A stretch of DNA of 29,591 nucleotides from a virus (lineage: Duplodnaviria > Caudoviricetes), in the IMG/VR virus record IMGVR_UViG_3300025098_000197, positions 1 to 29,591 of that record; one strand, given 5' to 3'. Below, in pieces: positions 16,366 through 23,650 of the stretch. The translations under genes were made by a program, and so were the position numbers. The notes beneath the pieces are model-generated. The model saw only the letters and a program-made list of their open reading frames with translations. It did not search any database and was not told the origin of the DNA. Within the stretch, counting starts at the first letter, position 1. Each line of letters begins with the position of its first letter.

Positions 16366-16440
16366 TGTTGGATCAAATCAAAGAAGATATAATGCACACA
16401 CAAAGAATTAAAGTGTTGGATCAAATCAAAGAAGATATAA
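16364..16440 (+). repeat. 29-bp perfect direct repeat, period 48
   Basis: AGTGTTGGATCAAATCAAAGAAGATATAA at 16364 and 16412. Confidence 0.9.
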
Positions 16441-16526
16441 AGTTTGATGATTACACAGCACTCTATGAGTTGCTGAAATATCTACCTCACTATGCAATCA
16501 GTGAATATTTACCTAAAGGAGAATAG
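16365..16526 (+). CDS. Small hypothetical protein with internal duplication
   Basis: GTG start after AGGAG; VLDQIKEDI occurs twice. Confidence 0.5.
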   Translation: MLDQIKEDIMHTQRIKVLDQIKEDIKFDDYTALYELLKYLPHYAISEYLPKGE

Positions 16527-16528
16527 AA

Positions 16529-16732
16529 ATGATTAAACCATTAGACGTAGAGATATTAATAGGCGATCACGCATACACATGGAATGGCAAAGCTACCTTC
16601 AATGTATTCGAGAATGACCATAGGTTTAGAGAGAAGTACAACTGTGACTGCTTCACTATGCATGACGTAACAGGTTGGGATAAAGCTATGGAAGCTATAC
16701 TCGACTACCACTGGACACACCATTGGCAGTAG
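16529..16732 (+). CDS. Hypothetical protein
   Basis: 67 aa, AAGGAG SD. Confidence 0.6.
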   Translation: MIKPLDVEILIGDHAYTWNGKATFNVFENDHRFREKYNCDCFTMHDVTGWDKAMEAILDYHWTHHWQ

Positions 16733-16745
16733 GAGGGATTGACAA

Positions 16746-16922
16746 ATGAGTACTATAGGTATTACAAAAGAGAAAGAAGATCTTGTAGAGCAAGTCATCA
16801 TGGACTGGGTAAACAAGCAAGATCATTCTGTACTCAGACGCTTGGTAGCGGATGACATGTGGGAATATTATCGCAACGCCGATGATGCTACCCTCAAAGA
16901 ATTTATATTAACATATAAGTAA
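16746..16922 (+). CDS. Hypothetical protein, 58 aa (absent from the ORF track)
   Basis: AGGAGG SD; MSTIGITKEKEDLVEQ...; stop codon overlaps repeat 5. Confidence 0.6.
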   Translation: MSTIGITKEKEDLVEQVIMDWVNKQDHSVLRRLVADDMWEYYRNADDATLKEFILTYK

Positions 16923-16947
16923 TCGTTGTCGGATCGTCCGACGACAC
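16921..16947 (+). repeat. Palindromic repeat copy 5
   Basis: AATCGTTGTCGGA-TCG-TCCGACGACAC. Confidence 0.9.
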
Positions 16948-16966
16948 AACAATGGAGACTATCACA

Positions 16967-17581
16967 ATGTATCAGCGTGACTGCACAATCATATCTAAAC
17001 ATAGCATATCATCACCCGATGGTTTGTATGACACAATAGAGTTTACTCTATGCACTATCAACATGCCCTTATCTAGGGTGCACACTCAACGTGTGTCTAT
17101 CAAGAAGGAGGGCATCCATTCTAAGTGGGTGTCAGACACTAAGGCCAAGGGCATACTGTATGCTCAACAACACAAGCAGGAACTACATGCCCTTATGCTA
17201 AACATCCGTGAGACTATGGGTGTGGACAGTGTAGATGCAGGTCAGGCCGTAGTGGATCTGTTCATGCGGATACCATCAATAGGCATGGTCAAGGCAGGGT
17301 TCATAGCTCAGATGTGTGGCTTCAACGTGGCGTGTCTCGACAGGCACAACGTGCGTATGCTTGGTATGTCTGAGACTGCACTACGAGTAAGCAAGACGAT
17401 CAAGCCAGAGCTTAGGCTCAAGAAGATCCGCAAGTACATAGAGTTGTGTCAGGTGTCAGGTGCTAAGCATTGGTGGGATACGTGGTGTAACTTTGTAGCA
17501 GAGAAGGGTGGCATGAATGCTTCCCTACCCACAGGTGATGCGGTGTCAGCCTATCACGTAACAGCAATCATGGAGATATAA
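16967..17581 (+). CDS. HhH-GPD superfamily DNA glycosylase-like protein
   Basis: LFMRIPSIGMVKAGFIAQMCGFNVACLDRHNVR: helix-hairpin-helix with Lys followed by LDRH Asp; start placed after the GGAG SD. Confidence 0.65.
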   Translation: MYQRDCTIISKHSISSPDGLYDTIEFTLCTINMPLSRVHTQRVSIKKEGIHSKWVSDTKAKGILYAQQHKQELHALMLNIRETMGVDSVDAGQAVVDLFMRIPSIGMVKAGFIAQMCGFNVACLDRHNVRMLGMSETALRVSKTIKPELRLKKIRKYIELCQVSGAKHWWDTWCNFVAEKGGMNASLPTGDAVSAYHVTAIMEI

Positions 17582-17582
17582 G

Positions 17583-17804
17583 ATGAAGATCGTAGACAAA
17601 GACGACGGTACACAAGAGATACAAACGTATGACATGTACGTAGCAACCCAAGGTTTGAGAGAGGGCTATGAAGTATACGTAACCCATCCTCTCAGATCAT
17701 CAGCAGATGACAGGGAGTGGGCTGATGACAGGCTATGGACTAAGGAAGATATAGTAGAGGCACAGAATCATCTGTACATACTGAAGGAAGCAAAGGAGGT
17801 ATAA
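17583..17804 (+). CDS. Hypothetical protein
   Basis: 73 aa, GGAG SD. Confidence 0.6.
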   Translation: MKIVDKDDGTQEIQTYDMYVATQGLREGYEVYVTHPLRSSADDREWADDRLWTKEDIVEAQNHLYILKEAKEV

Positions 17805-18022
17805 TGTTGGAAATAGTTAGACAAAAATATGGTAAGCACGTAGACACTAGGGTTTACTTAGACTTAGGTTATGGTGAGATGGAGATAGATATAGAAGATA
17901 TAGAAATGGTTGACGGAGAACTGTCAGCTATGGCTTACTGTCATCAAAGAGAAATAGAAATGTATGTAGATCACAAAGATTGTGAACGTGCATTAGCTAA
18001 ATATGAAGAGGAGAATGACTAA
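17804..18022 (+). CDS. Hypothetical protein
   Basis: 72 aa, AGGAGG SD, TAATG coupling. Confidence 0.65.
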   Translation: MLEIVRQKYGKHVDTRVYLDLGYGEMEIDIEDIEMVDGELSAMAYCHQREIEMYVDHKDCERALAKYEEEND

Positions 18023-18270
18023 TGGAAATGATAACACCAACAAATGAAGTAATGGTAAACTATCTAAACGAAGCGTTAGATGAGAAGATCTTCTACTTAG
18101 AAGACACGTACAACAGAGACTTTGGTAAAGCTATCATAGTTATGTATCATAAGATCATAACATTGACTGATAAGTTATTGTATACGTTGTATAGTTTACG
18201 GCAGTTAGATCTGTCACCCAAGGCATACAAAGATGCTATCTATATAGTAGTAAGTGGAATGGAGGACTAA
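18022..18270 (+). CDS. Hypothetical protein
   Basis: 82 aa, GAGGAG SD. Confidence 0.6.
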   Translation: MEMITPTNEVMVNYLNEALDEKIFYLEDTYNRDFGKAIIVMYHKIITLTDKLLYTLYSLRQLDLSPKAYKDAIYIVVSGMED

Positions 18271-18273
18271 CAG

Positions 18274-18450
18274 ATGACAGTTAATGAACTAATAATACAC
18301 ATGCTTAGACACTATCAGCTAGACAATCGAGTGCTAGTACACACAGAAACCAAGGGAGAACTACTATTCTGTGAGGCTGTAGCTATCCACCGGATTGACA
18401 AAGATACTATAGCCATAGTAGGTAAGAAGGGTGAGGACGATGAAGCTTAA
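18274..18450 (+). CDS. Hypothetical protein, 58 aa (absent from the ORF track)
   Basis: GGAGG SD; MTVNELIIHMLRHYQLD... Confidence 0.55.
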   Translation: MTVNELIIHMLRHYQLDNRVLVHTETKGELLFCEAVAIHRIDKDTIAIVGKKGEDDEA

Positions 18451-18655
18451 CTTAGATGTACAAGATAGACTAAGACTAGCTCATGCATCTGTATGCCAAG
18501 AGGAGAACAAAAGAATGCGTGAAGTATTCAACATGAGAACCTACAAGGAAGGTGATCAGTGGACACAACAAAAGAACAGACAAATAACTGGAGCTAAGGG
18601 AGGTAAACAAAATAAACTTAAGAGGCTGTGGGTTAAAGAGAGGACAACAAGATGA
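18440..18655 (+). CDS. Small basic hypothetical protein
   Basis: GAGG SD before ATG 18440. Confidence 0.55.
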   Translation: MKLNLDVQDRLRLAHASVCQEENKRMREVFNMRTYKEGDQWTQQKNRQITGAKGGKQNKLKRLWVKERTTR

Positions 18656-18867
18656 TTAAGCTACACTTAACGAATAAGCATGGAGGTTCACCTCTACACA
18701 TGTATCTCAAAGGAAACTTTACTGTGTATGAGAGGTTAGACGAACATGAGTACAGAGAAAATGATCTTACTACTGTGATCATGGATGGACTACACAACAA
18801 TGGAGGTTGGCACGTAGAAGAATCTGTGGAGGAGGTTAATCGTATGATTAGTGAGCAACTTGATTAA
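18652..18867 (+). CDS. FlbD/SwrD-like small protein
   Basis: MIKL...TTVIM...HVEESVEEVNRMI matches the FlbD pattern. Confidence 0.45.
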   Translation: MIKLHLTNKHGGSPLHMYLKGNFTVYERLDEHEYRENDLTTVIMDGLHNNGGWHVEESVEEVNRMISEQLD

Positions 18868-19483
18868 GCTACATGGAGTTGGCCCAGATAACATGCACTA
18901 CAGTCACAATTATTTCGTGATACCTATAGCATACGAAGACACAAAGGATCTCATACTCAACGTACACTACGCCAGACGTATGCCTTCCGTATCGTATGCC
19001 TTCGGTTTGTATCGAGGTACAGATGGTCTACAAGGTATATGTACATTCGGTTCACCTGCTTCGCCTTGGTTGTGCAAGGGTGTGTGTGGTGAAGAACACA
19101 AGTCTAAGGTACTTGAACTCAACAGAGTAGTGCTAGTAAACAACAGACCTAACGAGGCAAGCTTACTTGTAGCTAGATCTATTGCATTACTACCTAAGCC
19201 TAAGGTATTGGTAAGCTATGCTGATACAGCACACGATCATGTAGGCTACGTATACCAAGCAACTAATTGGTTATACACTGGTGCAACCAAGCCTCGCACT
19301 GACATAGCTACTGTGAACGGCAAGCACCCTAGGCATCATGCAGGTGACAGGACTAAGCGTGTTTACAGATCAGCTAAGCATCGCTATGTGTACATGCATG
19401 GCAACAAGAAAGACAAAAGATTACTAACTAAGTGCCTACGTTATGGCACTGAATCATATCCAAAGAAGGAGATTATACAATGA
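18851..19483 (+). CDS. Mom-like (GNAT-fold) DNA modification protein
   Basis: HY...FGLY...GICTFGSPAS...LELNRVVL...NEASLLV...VSYAD...HVGYVYQATNWLYTG. Confidence 0.75.
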   Translation: MSNLIKLHGVGPDNMHYSHNYFVIPIAYEDTKDLILNVHYARRMPSVSYAFGLYRGTDGLQGICTFGSPASPWLCKGVCGEEHKSKVLELNRVVLVNNRPNEASLLVARSIALLPKPKVLVSYADTAHDHVGYVYQATNWLYTGATKPRTDIATVNGKHPRHHAGDRTKRVYRSAKHRYVYMHGNKKDKRLLTKCLRYGTESYPKKEIIQ

Positions 19484-19722
19484 GTGGAGATAGAGTACCC
19501 GACCTAGATGAGAACGGTAAGTTTGTATGGTATGAGCCTAGCATACCAGAAGGTTTTACTGATATAAGATTGTGGGACGTACTGTTCACAGTACATGATG
19601 ACAATGGCAACCCAGTTGAGAGGCCTGACGGAGGCATAATGTTTTACACTGCACCCAAGCTAGACTTTGGTAGCTGTGAGAATGACGTAGAACTAGACGA
19701 CTTAGTACAAGAGGAGTATTAA
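19480..19722 (+). CDS. Acidic hypothetical protein
   Basis: 80 aa, AAGGAG SD. Confidence 0.6.
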   Translation: MSGDRVPDLDENGKFVWYEPSIPEGFTDIRLWDVLFTVHDDNGNPVERPDGGIMFYTAPKLDFGSCENDVELDDLVQEEY

Positions 19723-19723
19723 T

Positions 19724-19894
19724 ATGAAGAACAAACCTTATTACAAAAGCAAACCAGTAACAGTACAAGCACGTAAAGACAGACGTGATGACATCATAGC
19801 TAAGATAGCTACAATAATATTTGTAGGCTTTGCTTTCATCGGCATGGGATATATCTTTTCCCTTGCTATATTTTCACTATCCAAATTGTTTTAA
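19724..19894 (+). CDS. Small membrane protein, 56 aa (absent from the ORF track)
   Basis: GAGGAG SD; basic N-terminus then hydrophobic IATIIFVGFAFIGMGYIFSLAIF. Confidence 0.6.
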   Translation: MKNKPYYKSKPVTVQARKDRRDDIIAKIATIIFVGFAFIGMGYIFSLAIFSLSKLF

Positions 19895-19908
19895 GAGGAG
19901 ACAAACAC

Positions 19909-20175
19909 ATGACTAAATATAATCTATGCGTAACGCACAACGACAAGCTATGTAGGATTACTACATGCAAGACACCTCAAGGTGCTAACCTAATGTTACA
20001 GATACTCCAACGAGTGTATCCTAAGTATGACTTCGAGGTATCAGAGAAGGCAGTAAGTACAGATCTATCTGATAGAGATTCAGAACTACAACAAGACTTA
20101 CGACACGTACTACTTAACCCATACGAATACCGAGGCACTGAGTCTCGTTTCGTTGTGATAGATGGAGGTGTATGA
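19909..20175 (+). CDS. Hypothetical protein
   Basis: 88 aa, GAGGAG SD. Confidence 0.65.
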   Translation: MTKYNLCVTHNDKLCRITTCKTPQGANLMLQILQRVYPKYDFEVSEKAVSTDLSDRDSELQQDLRHVLLNPYEYRGTESRFVVIDGGV

Positions 20176-20315
20176 TGTCTATCAGTACAGCACTAGAACT
20201 CAAAGTACTTAATATGATACAACAAATACTCCCTCGCACAATCATGAAAGATAATGCAGAACTGAAACAATTACTCAAAGACATTAATAAAAACTTAAAG
20301 GAGAATAACAAATGA
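20172..20315 (+). CDS. Hypothetical protein, 47 aa (absent from the ORF track)
   Basis: GGAGG SD, ATGA overlaps at both ends. Confidence 0.55.
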   Translation: MMSISTALELKVLNMIQQILPRTIMKDNAELKQLLKDINKNLKENNK

Positions 20316-20611
20316 AGAATCATACACGACCAACAAAGAAGTTTAGTCAGAAGAGATACATAACCTTAACAAAAGATGATACAGTAAAGGTTTTAGATTT
20401 GTACAACGCAATCAATAACATGTTGAATGATGTAGGTGAGACACTAGATGTAGATCTTAGTGCGCTAAAAGATATTAGGCACAAGAACAATGACATAGAC
20501 CACCTATTTAACTTTAGAGCTAAGGTTCAAGATAACGGTGATGTATGGGCTTGGGCTGATAGTGTACTACCAGATGACGACAAGGCGTATTACTACCGTG
20601 AGACAGACTAG
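20312..20611 (+). CDS. Hypothetical protein
   Basis: 99 aa, AAGGAG SD. Confidence 0.65.
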   Translation: MKNHTRPTKKFSQKRYITLTKDDTVKVLDLYNAINNMLNDVGETLDVDLSALKDIRHKNNDIDHLFNFRAKVQDNGDVWAWADSVLPDDDKAYYYRETD

Positions 20612-20613
20612 TA

Positions 20614-20703
20614 GTGCTTGTATGGTTTGAGACGTTAGTAAAATGGTTAGTAATACTAATAGTAATATATGTACTCTTCGGAGTAGGTAGTGGTATACTT
20701 TAG
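20614..20703 (+). CDS. Possible 29-aa single-TM peptide
   Basis: GTG..TAG fills the gap before the integrase; MLVWFETLVKWLVILIVIYVLFGVGSGIL. Confidence 0.35.
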   Translation: MLVWFETLVKWLVILIVIYVLFGVGSGIL

Positions 20704-20715
20704 AAAGGAGAACGA

Positions 20716-21624
20716 ATGGAACTTAAACCCAGTAATACTATTGAGTATGCGTGTGAATACTACATGCGAACACCTAAGTATTCTGCTTTAAGTCAGCGTA
20801 GCAAGTATGACTATGATTTAAATCTGCGTCATGCTTGCGCTACCAAGGTGCAAAACAATAAAGCTATAGGTAATATCAAACTAAAAGATCTAAAGTTTAA
20901 ACATATAACATTAGGTTATGATACTTGGTTGGAGAGTAAGGGTGTACGTCAGGCTAACTACATAGCTACGTGTCTAGGTATCGTATTCAATACAGCGATA
21001 CGACACGAGGCTTTGCTTAGTAATCCTGTATCCTTACTTCAACGTACTAAGGAGAAGAGACGTAAAGTTAAATGGACTCAAGATGAAGTGACATCTTTCT
21101 TAAATACAGCTTACAGTAACTGGGAATGGCGTAGCATTGGTCTGATCGTACACATGGCATACGAGTGGGCGCAACGTGTAGGTGACATGCGCCTACTTAC
21201 ATGGAACAACCTTGACTTAAAAGAGAAACGCTTAGACTTAGAGCAAAGTAAACGTAGGGCTGATGTGCATCTACCTATCAGTGACACACTATGTAGTATG
21301 CTAATACAACAAGAGACTGACTTCGGCTTCCAACCTTACGTAGCACCTCGCCCTGAGCCTTATAATGGTGTCTATACAGCGTATCATTCAACGGATATAC
21401 ACAGGTTAGTAAATGAAGTTAAAGAGGAAGCTAAACTATCTAAAGAATTAACTGCATTAGACTTACGTAGGACAGGTATAACCGAGATGGTTGAGGCAGG
21501 TGTAGATACACTAGGTATCATGCAAGTCAGTGGACACAGTAATCCGCAGAGTGTTAAGCCTTATCTAGTCAACACACTCAAGGGCGCAAGCAATGCACTA
21601 AGTAAAAGGAATGGAGACAAATGA
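20716..21624 (+). CDS. int: Tyrosine recombinase/integrase
   Basis: Catalytic set QRVGD (R), QSKR (K), LDLRRT, SGHS (H), KPY (Y). Confidence 0.85.
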   Translation: MELKPSNTIEYACEYYMRTPKYSALSQRSKYDYDLNLRHACATKVQNNKAIGNIKLKDLKFKHITLGYDTWLESKGVRQANYIATCLGIVFNTAIRHEALLSNPVSLLQRTKEKRRKVKWTQDEVTSFLNTAYSNWEWRSIGLIVHMAYEWAQRVGDMRLLTWNNLDLKEKRLDLEQSKRRADVHLPISDTLCSMLIQQETDFGFQPYVAPRPEPYNGVYTAYHSTDIHRLVNEVKEEAKLSKELTALDLRRTGITEMVEAGVDTLGIMQVSGHSNPQSVKPYLVNTLKGASNALSKRNGDK

Positions 21625-22427
21625 ATTTAAAAGACTTTGTAGACGGGCTATGTCTAGGTGAGGGTGAGACTACACGTTTGTCTTGCCCTAACTGTCATGG
21701 TAACAACACCTTCACTGCATCTAAGGAAGGAGGCATGGTGGTGTACAACTGCTATAAGCTAGGGTGTGGTGTGCGTGGTGCAGTTACTACAGGCATGACT
21801 GCTCTGGAGGTACGTAACCATATGCAGAACAGAGACATGCCTATACGTAAAGAGTTAGAGCCTATGGTGTACCCTGAGTATATCGTTAATCCTACAGCGG
21901 AGCACACACTACTACATAAATTTTCTAAGCGTTGGGATCTTACCAATGAGGACATGTTGTATGACGTTAAAGACAGACGTGCAGTCTTTCCTATAGTTGA
22001 CAAAGGTGTAGTAGTAGATGCAGTAGGCCGTGCCTTAGATGGTGCTATACCTAAGTGGTACAGATACACAGGTAACGCATCAGTATACAAACGTGTATTA
22101 GGTACACCCAATGGTGTATGTGTGGTAGTAGAAGATGTGATCAGTGCAATAGCTGTGGCTCAGATTTCACCTAACACTACAGGCGTAGCTATCTTAGGTA
22201 CGTCATTAGGCCTAGCTCAAATGGAACACATAGCAGATTTCTATAAGGTTATCATAGGGTTAGACCCCGATGCTATGTCGAAGACGCTATCATACAAGAG
22301 AGAAGTAGAGGCGTGGACAGGTAAAACAGTTAAGGCATTGAGGCTTGACGACGATATAAAATATAAGTTAGACACAGATCAAGATAGATTAAAGGAGATG
22401 ATAAATGATGGAACTCGCACTCATTAG
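21621..22427 (+). CDS. DNA primase (zinc finger plus TOPRIM)
   Basis: CPNC...CYKLGC; VVVED, ILGT, LDPDA. Confidence 0.88.
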   Translation: MNLKDFVDGLCLGEGETTRLSCPNCHGNNTFTASKEGGMVVYNCYKLGCGVRGAVTTGMTALEVRNHMQNRDMPIRKELEPMVYPEYIVNPTAEHTLLHKFSKRWDLTNEDMLYDVKDRRAVFPIVDKGVVVDAVGRALDGAIPKWYRYTGNASVYKRVLGTPNGVCVVVEDVISAIAVAQISPNTTGVAILGTSLGLAQMEHIADFYKVIIGLDPDAMSKTLSYKREVEAWTGKTVKALRLDDDIKYKLDTDQDRLKEMINDGTRTH

Positions 22428-23637
22428 GACTTTGATGAACAAAGAGTTCTACGATAACAACAAGGGTATACGATGTCCTGATGAGTTGTTCAGTAAAGAT
22501 GTTCGTAAGATGAAGCAGACACTAGACTATGCTATGACTACGTATGACCGTAGCCTGACTGCATCAGAGCTAGAGGCTTTGTTCTTTGCTAACAATAGCA
22601 CTATGACTACTGCTACCAAGCAAGTGTATAGTGATTTGTTTAAACGTGTAGCTCGTGAGCAACCTATGAACCAAGACATAGCTGATGAGGTATTATCTAA
22701 ACTATTTCAACAGGTGTTAGGTAATCAGGTAGCTAACATAGGATTTGATTACGTCAATGGATCTCTTGATAGCCTTGAGCCTTTACGTAACTTAGTAAAG
22801 AAATATCAGGATGACTTCACACCTAACCTTAACATAGAGTTTGGTGATATAACTATTGATCATCTACTCAAGGCTAATGCTATACAGTCTCAATGGAAGT
22901 TTAATATACCTAGCCTATCACGACAGGTAGAAGGTATTAGTGGCGGTCACTTAGTTATCGTAGGTGCTAGACCTAATACAGGTAAGACAAGCTTTCATGC
23001 ATCTCTGTTGGGTGCACCTAATGGCTTTGCATCTCAAGGTGCTAAGTGTTTGATATTGTGTAATGAGGAATCGTATGAACGTGTAGGTGCACGTTACCTC
23101 AGTGCCGCATCAAGCTTATCTATGGAGGAGGTCAAGGGTAACTATGCCTTAGCCGCCACACGTTACGAGCCAGTACGAGAGCAGATCAATCTGTATGACA
23201 GTACCGGTAAGGATATGGCGTGGGTAGAAGCTATCATCAAAGCCTATCGTCCTGACATTGTAGTGTTAGACATGGGAGATAAGTTTGCGGTTAAGAGTAG
23301 CGACAAGTCAGATGTGTATCTTAAGAATGCGGCTATCCATGCACGTAACATAGCGAAGCAATACAGTTGTGCTATCATATGGATGTCACAGTTGTCTGCC
23401 GCCGCAGAAGGTATGGTCAATCCTGATCAGTCTATGCTTGAGGGATCTAAGACAGGCAAGGCGGCTGAAGCTGACCTGATGGTGCTAATATCTAAGAACC
23501 CTGTACTAGCTGACACAGCAGAGGATGCTGATGATTCGCAAAGGTATTTAGTTATAGCTAAGAATAAGCTACAAGGAGGATGGCATGGTAAGATTACATG
23601 TACATTAGATGGAGCTAGGTCACAGTACTTAGCATAG
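22405..23637 (+). CDS. DnaB-like replicative helicase
   Basis: GARPNTGKT Walker A, IVVLD Walker B, SQL, AEAD, KNK. Confidence 0.92.
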   Translation: MMELALIRTLMNKEFYDNNKGIRCPDELFSKDVRKMKQTLDYAMTTYDRSLTASELEALFFANNSTMTTATKQVYSDLFKRVAREQPMNQDIADEVLSKLFQQVLGNQVANIGFDYVNGSLDSLEPLRNLVKKYQDDFTPNLNIEFGDITIDHLLKANAIQSQWKFNIPSLSRQVEGISGGHLVIVGARPNTGKTSFHASLLGAPNGFASQGAKCLILCNEESYERVGARYLSAASSLSMEEVKGNYALAATRYEPVREQINLYDSTGKDMAWVEAIIKAYRPDIVVLDMGDKFAVKSSDKSDVYLKNAAIHARNIAKQYSCAIIWMSQLSAAAEGMVNPDQSMLEGSKTGKAAEADLMVLISKNPVLADTAEDADDSQRYLVIAKNKLQGGWHGKITCTLDGARSQYLA

Positions 23638-23650
23638 AAAGGAGCAGACT

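Noticed and set aside
13654-16947. Palindromic repeats as a CRISPR array (with the Cas4-like gene)
   Set aside because: Intervals are 500-1400 bp and contain genes; Cas4-like nucleases are routine in phage replication modules; no other cas genes are present
20612-20715. attP or tRNA fragment next to the integrase
   Set aside because: No tRNA-like sequence or core inverted repeat seen; the gap is filled by a small hydrophobic ORF
13791-21624. T7-like single-subunit RNA polymerase and its promoters
   Set aside because: No ORF of suitable size or motifs; the promoters seen are host sigma70-type
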